A DNA stretch of 64,000 nucleotides from Octopus sinensis (Eukaryota). The position numbers and the translations under genes are program-made. The DNA lies in the NCBI RefSeq assembly GCF_006345805.1, contig NC_043013.1, positions 56,544,001 through 56,608,000 of the forward strand, in the 5' to 3' direction. Shown piece by piece: positions 24,374-36,535 of the stretch. Each line of letters starts with the position of its first letter. Position 1 is the stretch's first letter. Under the pieces are notes generated by a model. The model worked only from the letters and a program-made list of their open reading frames with translations, was not told the DNA's origin and ran no database searches.

Positions 24374-26319
24374 CTATTCAACTCGTTCTCCTTCCCTCCT
24401 GGCTCCTTCAAACTTCTCTTTACACTGGACATCCAGAGCCTTTACTCTGTGATCCCTCACCCTGAGGGGCTGCGTGCACTCCTTCCTCTCTTTCATCAAA
24501 TCTTTCCATCCTGCCCTCCACTTCTCCTGCACTATCTCTGACACCTCTGTCTCCTTTCTTGACATTTCGGTCAGCATTCATCAATCCACTCTTAACCACA
24601 CACCACTCCACAACTCAAACACACAGACTCACACTCATACCTCAACTTCTCCTCCTCTCACCCCAAACACACCAAGCTTTCCATCCCCTATTCCCAATTC
24701 CTCCGTCTAGGCAGGCTCTGTAGTGACGACCATGACTTTGAGACTCAGTCTCAACTCATGGCTCGCCACTTCATCCTACGTGGATATCCCCTCAGCACTA
24801 TCCACACCACCCTTGCCACAGCACGTTCCATGGACCATGCATCTGCTCTCTCCCCCCGAACCTGCCCTGCAATCTCCTGCCTCCCTTTTCCCCTCACCTG
24901 CCACCCCACCACCCTACTTCTCCAATGCACCATTCTCCAAGCTTTCCGGCATCTCCAGTCCGACTTGTCCACTTCACACATCTTCCCTAACCGACCCCGC
25001 CCCTCCTTCAAATGAGCCTACAACCTATGAGACCTCTTGGTCCACAGCTTCTTCCCCAACCCCACCTCCCAACCTGGCTCATTCCCCTGCTCCCACTCAT
25101 GCTGCTGCACTTGCCCTTACCTCTCCAACACCACCCTCCTCACCGGCACCCATCATCGACCCTATCGCATCACCGACTCCTTCACCTGCACCTCCAGCAA
25201 TATCATCTCCTGCTCTCTCTGCCATTCCCTGTACATTGGACAAACAGGGCGCCACTTGGCTGACCGGTTCGCGGAACACCTCCGAGACATCCGCCTCGGC
25301 AATGACACCTCGGTCTAATGCCATTTTCACCCACTGGTCACTCCTTGCAACACTTGTCTGTGTTCGGTTTGTCCTTGCTCAAAGACCATTCGGACTCCCG
25401 TTTGCGCTGTGAACAGGGATTAATCTTTTCTCTTTGCTCTTTTACGCCTTTTGGGCTCAACTCTCCTTCCCTCTTCATCTAACCTCCTTCCCGACTCCTA
25501 CTTCTCTTCACTCCTACATCTCTTCACCCCTACTCTATTTTTCTCTTCTCTCTTACTCTCTTCTCTCTTTCTCTCTGCTCCCTCACTCTCCTTCTCTCCT
25601 CTCTCTCCCACTCCCTCCCACCCAACTCTCCTACTTCTCTTCACTCCTACCCTCCTTCTTTCTTCTCTCTTACTCTCTTTCTCTCTTCTCTCCTCCTCTC
25701 TCTCCTCACATACCCATCTTCCCCTCCCCCCATAAGCCCACCCACCCTACTCATTCCTACTCCACCTTCCCTATCCTTCCTATCCCTCCATCCTATCCAC
25801 ACACCCTCTGCCTACCCACAAACCCCAACTCTACCTCAACCCTCAGCCAAAACCCACACCCCACCCGTGCTTTCCCCACTCTCACCTCCCCCACCTCCCA
25901 ACAACATCACACCACACCATACAACATTACACATCACAACACACTACCCATACACCCATCTCCATATTTTCACATCTACACATACATACACGCACATGTC
26001 CAGACCACCAGCCCTCTTTCACACGCACATACATACTCTCTTATACACACACGCACCTTCGTATTGGGGGTCATCTTTACTTTGTTATCTCCCCTACTTT
26101 CCTTCTCGTGTGTGACCCTTCTGTCCAAGTCAGTCACCATGATAGATCGTTAGTTACTACACACATTTTTCCTCTCCTTGTTTTTTCTGTGTCCCTTTCT
26201 GTAGAAGAGCGCAGGCTCAAAACGTAAAAGACTTTTTCAGTTCCTGAGCGTTATACTAATACATCTGTTTGTTTTGTACACCACCTGTCTTCGTCTTTTG
26301 TTTTTTTCGTAAGCTCTCC

Positions 26320-26322
<3 letters not shown>
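24374..26322 (+). mobile_element. Penelope-like element (probably Neptune-like): RT with internal deletion, Cys linker, GIY-YIG, pyrimidine-rich 3' region, hammerhead-like tail
   Basis: LFTLDIQSLYSVIPHPEGL; VSFLDISV; TDSHSYLNFSSSHP-like and SIPYSQFLRLGRLCS read across frames; PGSFPCSHSCCCTCPY; FTCTSSNII...CSLCHSLYIGQTGRHLADRFAEHLRDI. Confidence 0.88.
26195..26231 (+). ncRNA. Degenerate minimal hammerhead-like motif
   Basis: CUUU-CUGUAGA-A-GAGC(gcag)GCUC-AAAA-CG-U-A-AAAG; palindromic ACGU stem III; G12 replaced by A. Confidence 0.5.
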
Positions 26323-26372
<50 letters not shown>

Positions 26373-26607
26373 ATATGTATATATGTATATATGTATATAT
26401 ATATATATATATATGTTGCACGTATGTGTACATGTATTCATGTAGGCATATAATTATATATTAATATAAATATAAAGCTTTTGTGAATATGCATATCTCA
26501 ATGAGTGAGAATTACCAATGTGCACTGATATAAACATAAATAGCTACACACGTAAGAATATATATTGACCAACAAGCACACAACAGTATCTCTGCAAACA
26601 TACACAG

Positions 26608-26690
<83 letters not shown>

Positions 26691-27514
26691 CATATATATA
26701 TATGTGTGTGTGTGTGTATAATGCTTGTGTGTGTGTGTAATAAAGAGCAGTAACTTATGTAGATTGAAACAGTATAAATATCTATAAATGCTTTAGACAT
26801 TAATATTTGAAGAGAAAAGAGATGTGAACTGGGAAATTCTTTTTCTCTTTTGGGATATCATTACGGTTTCTTATGTTGCTTCTTATTAATTTTGTTAAGG
26901 AAATTGGTCACGAGAACTTCACCAATTATTAGTCACCAAGCAGTATTTTTTAATAAAAATAAAAAGAAAAGAAATTGAATTCATTAAAATTTATTATAGT
27001 CAATACTTAACCCTTAACCTAATTAGTCAAATCAATGCTAATGGCCTATTTGCGATATTGACTTTGACTTGCTCAGTCTTAAATTTTGTTTAAATTATGA
27101 AGAGAAACAGTTATTCTTTACTTGTTATCTTTTACTTGTTTCATATATTACACTGTGGCCATACTGGGGCACCACATTGAAGAACTGTTTTCTAGTCAAA
27201 TGCATGGAGCTCAGTAAATGTGTTTAAAGCTTGGTACTTATTCATCAGTCACTTGCCGAATTAACAGGGATGTATAACATACCAACACCATTTGTGAAGC
27301 TGTGGTGGGAGACAAACACAGACACACACATGGATGTGCATGCACACTCACACATACCAGATGAACGACATAAATGTGAAACAGGCTGGAGTAAAAGTGG
27401 GACTCAAATACCAGTGATGCAGTAACATGCTTTATTAATAAAGCTGCAAAAACATCACAAAATCTTTTGCTCAGAGTTTCACGTTCCTGTTCATCAGGCA
27501 GTTTTCTTTGAGAA

Positions 27515-30466
27515 TCATCATCATCATCATCATCATCATCGTTTAGCGTCCGCTTTCCATGCTAGCATGTGTTGGACGGTTCAACTGGGGTCTGTGAAGC
27601 CAGAAGGCTGCACCAGGCCCAGTCAGATCTGGCAGTGTTTCTACGGCTGGATGCCCTTCCTAATGCCAACCACTCCGTGAGTGTAGTGGGTGCTTTTTAC
27701 GTGCCACCCGCACAGGTGCCAGACAGAGCTGGCAAACGGCCACGAACGGATGGTGCTTTTTATGTGCCACCGGCACGGGGGCCAGGCGAGGCTGGCAACA
27801 GACACGAACGGATGGTGCTTTTTACATGCCACCGGCACGAGGCCAGTCGGGGTGGGGCTGGCAACGGTCGCGAACGGATGGTTCTCTTACATGCCACTGG
27901 CACTGGTAACACATCTGCAATTTCCATTGATCGATTTCGATTCTGATCCTCACTTGCCTCAACAGGTCTTCACAAGTAGAGTTTTGTGTCCCAAGAAGGG
28001 AAGGTATGCATACGTAGGCTGGCTCCATCCCATGTAGAAGGCCACGGGTTATGGACTCACTTGTCCTGCCGGGTCTTCTCGCGCACAGCACACTTCCAGA
28101 GGTCTTGGTCTCTAGTCATTTCCTCAGTGAGACCTAAAGTTCGAAGGTCGTGCTTCACCACCTCGTCCCAGGTTTTCCTGGGTCTGCCTCTTCCGCAGGT
28201 TCCCTCAACCGCTAGGGTGTGGCACTTTTTCACACAACTATCTTCATCCATTCTCGCCACATGACCATACCAGCGCAAACGTCTCTCTTGCACACCACAA
28301 CTGAGGCTTCTTAGGTCCAGCTTTTCTCTCAAGGTACTTACACTCTGCCGAGTATGAGTACTGACATTACACATCCTTCGGAGCATACTGGCTTCATTTC
28401 TTGCGAGCTTACGCATATCCTCAGCAGTCACGGCCCATGTTTCACTGCCATGTAGCATGGCTGTTTGTACACACGCATCAGGTGAGGGCGCATGGCTTAG
28501 TGGTTAGGGCATTCGGCTCATGATCGTAAGGTTGTGAGTTCGATTCCCGGCGACGCGTTGTGTCCTTGAGCAAGACACTTTATTTCACGTTGCTCCAGTC
28601 CACTCAGCTGGCAAAAATGAGTTGTACTTGTATTTCAAAGGGTCAGCCTTGTCACTCTCTGTGTCACGCTGATTATCCCCGAGAACAACGTTAAGGATAC
28701 ACGTGTCTGTGGAATGCACAGCCATTTGCACGTTAATTTCACGAGCAAGCTGTTCCATTGATCGTATCAGCTGGGACCCTCATCGTCGTAACCGGCGGAG
28801 TCTTTAAATTTAACACACGCATCATACAGTCTGCCTTTCACTCTGTGCGAGAGGCCTTTTGTCACCAGCAGGGGTAAGAGCTCTCTGAACTTTGCCCAAG
28901 CTATTCTTACTCTAGCAGTTACACTTTAAGCACACCCGCCCCCGCTACTGACTTGGTCTCCTAGGTAACGGAAACTATCAACTACTTCTAGTTTGTCTCC
29001 CTGGAACGTGGTAGAAGTTGGTCTCTGCACATTTCCAGTGTTTATTGCACCTGAGCATCTGCCACAGACAAAAACTATTTTCCTAGTTAGCCTTCCTTTG
29101 ACATTGCTGCACCTCTTATGTGTCCATAGCTTACACTTGGTGCATCTTATAGAGTTTCTACCTACACCTTTTCTACAGATCAAGCAGGGCCATCTACCTG
29201 AAGGCGTTTGTGATTTGTCTACCTTCCTACTGATTACGACTTTGGTTTTAGCTAGATTGACTCTGAGGCCCTTCGATTCTAATCCTTGTTTCCACACCTG
29301 AAACTTCTCCTCCAGTTCTGATAGCGACTTAGCAATTAGAGCAAGGTCATCAGCATAGAGGAGCTCCCAAGGGCATCCTGTCTTGAATTCCTCCGTTATT
29401 GCCTGGAGGACTATGATAAATAGGAGGGGGCTGAGGACTGAGCCTTGGTGGACCCCTACCTCTACCTGGAATTCTTCACTGTACTCGTTGCCAACCCTCA
29501 CCTTACTAGCAGTGTCCCTATATATGGCCCGCACAGCTCTCACTAACCATTCATCTATCCCTAGTTTCCTCATTGACCACCAGATATGGGATCGGGGGAC
29601 CCTGTCGAAGGCTTTCTCCATGTCAACAAAAGCCAGGTACAGGGGCTTATCTTTGGCTAGTTATTTCTCCTGCAGCTGCTTTACCAGAAATATAGCATCA
29701 GTGGTACTTTTCCCTGGCACAAATCCAAACTGCATCTCATCTAAACTAACTCTCTCTCTCTAATTAGTTGGGCTGTGACCCTCTCCGTAACCTTCATCAC
29801 CTGATCCAACAGCTTGATACCACTGTAGTTATTTGTATCTAGGGTGTCACCTTTAACTTTGTAGCAGTTGACTATTATGCTGCTACACCAGTCATTGGGT
29901 ATGACTCCTTTGTGTATCACCTGATTAACTATACGGGTGACTAGGCTATAGCCGACACTACCAGACATTTTGAGCATCTCTGCAGTGATTCCTGAGGGGC
30001 CTGGGGCTTTCCCTGTCTTCATGTTTCTAATTGCCTTAGCTACCACGGAACTATCAACTCGGGTAGCTGGTCCCTCTGTTGGGTCAACATTCGGCAGACT
30101 CTCTTTATCCCATTCATTTTCTTTATTCAGCAACCTTTCATAGTGGCCTCTCCAAACCTCTCTCTTTGCATCCTCATTTAGCGCAAGTGAACCATCTTCC
30201 ATGTGAACACACTTCTCTCCTACCACATCACGATTCTCTCTCACACACTGTCTTGCAACGCGAAACACCTCCAGTCTTTGGTCTTCACGGCGCAGAACAT
30301 TGGCAAATGTTTTCTTATCTGCTTCCCCTCTGGCTAAATAAACCTGTCTCCTAGCTTCTCTTTTGGCAGTCTGATACAATTCCCTGCTACCCCCATTTTT
30401 CCAGACCTTCCAAGCCTGGCTCTTTTCTCTAATAGCCCTCTCTACAATATTGTTCCACCACCACGT
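27515..30466 (-). mobile_element. RTE-clade LINE, 5'-truncated, interrupted by a SINE, 4 UTR repeat units, (GAT)n tail
   Basis: ORFs 29741-30478, 28926-29621 (QGSVLSPLLF, LLYADDLAL, PHD-like Cys cluster, FRYLG), 28057-28458. Confidence 0.95.
28481..28812 (+). mobile_element. Full-length tRNA-derived SINE (family C) with 12-bp target-site duplication
   Basis: A box tggcttagtgg, B box gttcgattcc, tgtgtccttgagcaagacac domain; TSD acacacgcatca at 28469-28480 and 28813-28824. Confidence 0.93.
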
Positions 30467-30479
30467 TAAAAGAGTCAAA

Positions 30480-31715
30480 AGGAAGAGTAAGAATGGTTAG
30501 GCAGTTTTTTTAATAATCACTAGAAATGTTTCGATACATACAGATCCATGTATATACAGGATTTAAAGTTAAATTAAATTATGTAACGATTTACCTGTAT
30601 AAGAAGATCTCTATGTATCTTCTCAAGCGATATTTAACTGTTGTCTCCAGCAGTTAAATCTAGATTTCCATGCTACGACATCCATGGCTTCTTCTTTGAA
30701 ACTAACAAACACTGACGGTTTCAATTCGCTTGGTATGAGCGTGTTATCATGTTCAACATGAGCGGCAATGTGTATGTTGTCTGTTTATTTATTTAGTTTC
30801 AACATGTTATTCTGCACATGCCAAACTGTATTATTATGTCAAACACACTCGTCCATTAGCTCATTCTTATACAATCACTTATACACCGGTATACCATACA
30901 TCTCTGAGTGTTTCCATGCATACATGCACACACACACTTACACACACATACACTCACACACAGAGACACATACACACATACATGCATATATATAAAATAT
31001 ATATATATATATATACATGTATTCAGATGCACACACGCATACATATACTCACCTACAGATCAATAAACACACTGGCATCTATACATAGATGCTTATACAT
31101 TTATCTACTCATTTCCATATCTTTGAATGCTTCATCATAAATAAACACTCCTACACAGACGTGAAGACGGTCAAAAATGGGTTTAGTGAGATAGAATAAT
31201 ATAATTTATAGACTGTTCCACCCAGAAAATGCATATTTGGCACGATGGTTACATCTCAAAATTTTCTCATCATGTTTATTCCCTAGATTTTCATTACTCA
31301 GTAGAATACTCAGTGCTTCCTCGAGGCAAAGGTCACATTTGCCGGAGAGTGAAGTACATGGATGTGCGTTTTTTTTTTTTACTTTTGATCATTCTATTTG
31401 ATATTTAATTTTTGATTCATTCAGCCCCAATATCAGGTCTTGTGCCGTCAATTTATTTTTCGGAATGATGAGATGTGGTTTCGATAACGGACTTTGAATT
31501 GGTTTTCAGTAGCACCTATGTACACGTAATTATGTTTAGATGCATAGATTATACATTTATATACTATGTTTTTTTGAGCACATTGGTTCAGGAGCAGACA
31601 TGCAAATTTTCTACGGCATGTGCAGTTCATTGTATTCTTATTATTCTTAAGTTTATCCGGCAGCTTTTTGATACTGTTTTCATGATATTCTGTTTGATTT
31701 CTAGTATCTGAGGTG
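30480..31715 (-). mobile_element. Penelope-like element remnant (GIY-YIG C-terminus plus tail)
   Basis: CTCRRKFACLLLNQC...IVYKC...YIGATENQFKVRYRNH (31448-31630); SGKCDLCLEEAL...NKHDE...CNHRAK (~31220-31360); degenerate hammerhead at 30516-30632. Confidence 0.8.
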
Positions 31716-31739
31716 TGTTTAATCAGTAATCTTTTTGGA

Positions 31740-33756
31740 TGATCTTATCTGGTGGTCAATGAGGAAACTAGGGATAGATGAATGGTTAATGAGAGCTGTG
31801 CGGGCCATATATAGGGACACTGCTAGTAAGGTGAGGGTTGGCAACGAATACAGTGAAGAATTCCGGGTAGAGGTTGGGGTCCACCAAGGTTCAGTCCTCA
31901 GCCCCCTCCTATTTATCATAGTCCTCCAGGCAATAACGGAGGTATTCAAGACAGGATGCCCCTGGGAGCTCCTCTATGCTGATGACCTTGCTCTAATTGC
32001 TGAGTCACTATCAGAACTGGAGGAGAAGTTTCAGGTGTGGAAACAAGGATTAGAATCGAAGGGCCTTAGAATCAACCTAGCCAAAACCAAAGTCCTAATA
32101 AGTAGGAAGGTAGATCAATCACAAACGACTTCAGGTAGATGGCCCTGCTCGATCTGTAAAAAAGGTGTAGGTAGAAACTCTATAAGGTGCACCAAGTGTA
32201 AGCTTTGGACACATAAGAGGTACAGCAATGTCAAAGGAAGGCTAACTAGGAAAATAGTTTTTGTCTGTGGCAGATGCTCAGGTGCAATAAACACTGGAAA
32301 TGTGCAGAGACCAACTTCTACCACGTTCCAGGGAGACAAATTAGAAGTAGCTGATAGCTTCCACTACCTAGGTGACCAAGTCAGTAGCGGGGGTGGGGGT
32401 GCTGAAAGTGTAACTGCTAGAGTAAGAATATCCTGGGCAAAGTTTAGAGAGCTCTTACTCCTGCTGGTGACAAAAGGCCTCTCGCTCAGAGTAAAAGGCA
32501 GACTGTATGATGCATGTGTACGTACAGCCATGCTACATGGTAGTGAAACATGGGCCGTGACTGCTGAGGATATGCGTAAGCTTGCAAGAAATGAAGCCAG
32601 TATGCTCCGATGGATGTGTAATGTCAGTGTTCATAATCGACAGAGTGTAAGTACCTTGAGAGAAAAGTTGGACCTAAGAAGCATCAGTTGTGGTGTGCAA
32701 GAGAGACGTTTGCGCTGGTATGGTCATGTGACGAGAATGGCTGAAGATAGTTGTGTGCAAAAGTGCCACACCCTAGCAGTTGAGGGAACCTGTGGAAGAG
32801 GTAGACCCAGGAAAACCTGGGACGAGGTGGTGAAGCACGACCTTCGAACTTTAGGTCTCACCAAGGAAATGACTAGAGACCGAGACCTATGAAAGTATGC
32901 TGTGCATGAGAAGACCCGGCAAGACTAGTGAGACCATAACCCGTGGCCTCTACCTGGTATGTAGCCAGTCGACTTATACATACCTTTCCTTCTTGGGACA
33001 CAAAACTCCACTTGTGAAGACCCGTTGAGGCAAGTGAAAATCAAAATCAAATCAGATATCAGAAAGCAGAACCAAAATTGAAGTCGATCAACATCAATGA
33101 AAATTGCGGCTGTGATACCAGTGCCGGTGACAAGTAAGCGAACCATCCGATTGTGGCCGTTGCCAGCGCTGCCCCGACTGGCCTCCATGCCGATGACACG
33201 TAAAAAGCACCATCCATTTGTGGCCGTTGCCAGCCTTGCCTGGCCCCCGTGCTTGTGGCATGTAAAAAGCACCATCCGTTCGTGTCCATTGCCAGCCTCG
33301 CCTGGCCCCCGTGCCGGTGGCACGTAAAAGCACCATCTGTTCGTGTCCGTTGCCAGCCTCACCTGGCCTCCCATGCCGGTGGCACGTAAAAAGCACCATC
33401 CGTTCGTGGCCGTTGCCAGCGCTGCCCCGACTGGCCTCCGTGCTGGTGGCACGTAAAAGCACCATCCGTTCGTATCCGTTGCCAGCCTGGCCTGGCCCCC
33501 ATGCCAGTGGCACGTAAAAGCACCATCCGTTCGTGGCCATTTGCCAGCTCCGTCTGGCACCTGTGCGGGTGGCACGTAAAAAGCACCCACTACACTCGCG
33601 GAGTGGTAGGCATTAGGAAGGGCATCCAGCCGTAGAAACACTGCCAGATCAGACTGGGCCTGATGCAGCCTTCTGGCTTCACAGACCCCAGTTGAACCGT
33701 CCAACCCATGCTAGCATGGAAAACGGACGCTAAATGATGATGATGATGATGATGAT
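31740..33756 (+). mobile_element. RTE-clade LINE, 5'-truncated, 385-codon open ORF, 8-unit 3' UTR array, (GAT)n tail
   Basis: ORF 31735-32892: WWSMRKLG, QGSVLSPLLF, YADD, Cys cluster, YLG, MLHGSETW, LRWYGHV. Confidence 0.95.
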
Positions 33757-33779
33757 ATTGTTACCGTCTTTTTCACTGT

Positions 33780-34030
33780 CTGAAATTTTGCAGTCTCTCT
33801 GTTGTTTATTTTGGTTATTGGTGTTAAATTGTGTGTAGTTTTGATTTGTTTGTTCTCTACCAGCAGACGTTTGTGTGTTCAATTTCTGGTTGTTGTATTT
33901 ATGCATGTAGTACTCCATGTTGTAAGATGTAAGATGTTGCGTACAATATTTTCACTGTGTGCTTGTTGAATAAAGAGTGAATAAGCTCTATTTGTACTCT
34001 AATATGTTCTTGACAGAACACATCTCAACT
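33780..34030 (+). other. Probable retroelement 3' tail (GT-rich, AATAAA), family unassigned
   Basis: T/G-rich segment ending gttgaataaagagtg...ctcaactgtatgtatata; no coding signal. Confidence 0.3.
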
Positions 34031-34085
34031 GTATGTATATATATATATATATATATTGGAAGGTTTGGAGATGATGTACAGGTAT

Positions 34086-35326
34086 TATATATTAGAAGAA
34101 ATGAGGTAATCAGAAGATTGGATGGTTCATGTTTATAGATATTTATTTATATATTACATTTTTTACATATATATATCATATCATTCAGATCATATCATTC
34201 AGATTATTAGCGCTTTCTCCCATTTCAGTGGGGTTTTCAAAAAGAAACATCCCATATAGTAATGCACGACGAATATGTAGCATAGTAACTGATTCACAAA
34301 TACGATTAATAAGACTAAATGAACTCAAAAGCTTCCTCCTAGAGCAAAAATACCCCCTTAAACTAATAGAAAATGGAATCACAAGAGCATTGAAACTAGA
34401 CATCACACAACTCAGGACACACAAAACAAAAAACAAATAAAACACTATCCCTTTTATAAACACACACAACCCTGGAGTGACGACAGGACAAAAACCTAAA
34501 GAAACACCTAACAAGAGCGAAATTCTCTTCAGAAACTAAAACGGAATTCTTTGCAAAAGAGTGCGAAGATGGTAGATGTGGGATCTGCAGCAACCCCACC
34601 TACAAATACATAGAGGGTAACAGAGAGATGAGATTTAAAAGTGGTGACATATTCAAAGTAAATGCAGATGTGAACTGCAAGACGCAGAATGTCAGATACT
34701 GCATAACCTGCCCCACGTGCAAGGAGAATTACGTAGGTGAAACTGGTAATTCTTTGTGCCAGCGAGCCAGGATCCACCGACAACATATTCGGCAGGAAGA
34801 ACTATGCAAAATACCACTAAGCACACACCTAGCTACATGTGGAGAAGGAAAATTTAAGATCTTTCCCTTCTACAAGTGTCCGAAGAACGACACCTCCTTC
34901 AGGAGGAATATGGAAAAACATTTCATAGCTAAGTTCTCCCCCAAATTAAATGGCTGAAACTTTACTTAACATACATTGAAGGACAAATTTTTCGATTTAC
35001 AATATAATATAGTAGAACATTTAATATATGTGTGTGTGTATATATATATATAGGTGTGTGTGTATATATATGTTACCTGTTATATACATTATATTGTTTT
35101 TGTAATTTACTTGATCTTTACTTGCCAATTGTCATTCTAATTTTAACCTTCCTATGATATGCAATTTTCAAGATGGTGTAATTTGATTGTTCATTTTGAT
35201 TCGATAGAAGGTGTTTTTTTCTAATATTTCATGTATAAGCATGTATATATATATATATATAGTGACATTGAAGGACACATCATTCGATTTACAATCTAAT
35301 ATAGTAGAACATTTAGTATATGTCTG

Positions 35327-35365
<39 letters not shown>

Positions 35366-36372
35366 GTGTATGTATATATATATATTGCCTGTTATATACA
35401 TTATATTATTATCTTTATAATTTACTTCCATCTTTACTTTTTAATTGTCACTTTAATTTTAACTTTCCTATGATATACAATTTTCAAGATGGTGTAATTT
35501 GGTTGTTCATTTTGAACCGATAAAAGGTTTTTTTTTCAAATATTTTATGTATAAGTCTGTGTGTGTATATATATGTAGTGGTATAAATATCAACACACAA
35601 AAATATATTTTTCTCTTCTGCATTTCCTCCCTTATTTTTATTTATTTTTTATTTTTTATTTTTATTTTTATTTTTAGATTTATTTTTATTTTTATTTTCC
35701 CTTTTCTCTTTTTGTCTCTCTCCTCTCCTCCAAACACACAGAGACACACACACACACGAACACAAACACACACGGACACACAGAGACACACACACACACA
35801 CCTCCACAAAACGATAATACAAAGTATGACCCAAAATGACATTTGTCCATCCCCAAAATCACAAAAGGTGTAATTTCTGACCAGCCTACCCACCAACACA
35901 CACTCAGTGACACCAGAATGGACAGAGAGCTAAAATTCTTAGAACTCCCCAGGGGGTCCAACAGGCCAAAGGAAATCCTTCTTCTTCTTCTTCTTCTTCT
36001 TCTTCTTCCCTCTCCCCCTCGCCCTTCCCCTTTCCCCCTTTTCTCTTTAGCCTCAGATACAAACGCACACACACACACACACACACATACACATACACAC
36101 ATGTTCTCTCTCTCACTTCCTCCTCATCTACCTCACCCTCTTATACTATCTTGTTCCTCCCCACTACTACGAAACTCTATAAAATGACCAAACTCCCCAC
36201 AAAGGAATTGATTTGATTTGAAAACCCCACTGGAATGGGAGAAAGCGCTAATAATCTGAATGATATGATCTGAATGATATGATATATATAGGTAAAAAAT
36301 GTAATATATAAATAAATATCTATAAACATGAACCATCCGATCTTCTGATTACCTCATTTCTTCTAATATATA
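34086..36372 (+). mobile_element. Penelope-like element, 5'-truncated, bounded by ~157-bp inverted repeats
   Basis: KRNIPYSNARRICSIV (RT thumb), CEDGRCGIC linker, GIY-YIG ORF 34628-34957 (NVRYCITCPTCKENYVGETG...HRQHIR); IR 34086-34242 vs 36217-36372; internal ~300-bp tandem duplication at ~34990-35560. Confidence 0.85.
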
Positions 36373-36387
36373 TATATATATATATAT

Positions 36388-36535
36388 ATGATGGTTTTCT
36401 TTCAGTTTCCGTCTACCAAATCCACTCATAAGGCTTTGATTGGCCTGAAGCTAGAATAGCAGAAACTTGCCCAAGGACCCCTGCAGTGGGATTGAACCTG
36501 GAACCATGTGACAGGTAAGTAAGCTTCCTACCACA
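36388..36535 (-). mobile_element. SINE family B
   Basis: cagtttccgtctaccaaatccactcataaggc...gggattgaacctggaaccatgtg...aagcttcctaccaca. Confidence 0.75.

Noticed and set aside
27465-27505. Minus-strand CTGATGA..GAAACTCTGAG hammerhead-like string
   Set aside because: Stem II is only 2 bp, there is no UH triplet in register and stem I is at most 3 bp; too degenerate to call
33110-33590. CRISPR array interpretation of the repeat/variable-loop units
   Set aside because: Eukaryotic LINE 3' UTR context; variable parts are short and related to each other; no cas genes
32925-33704. 259-aa repetitive minus-strand ORF
   Set aside because: Antisense read-through of the GC-rich RTE UTR array; the equivalent frames in other copies are not conserved
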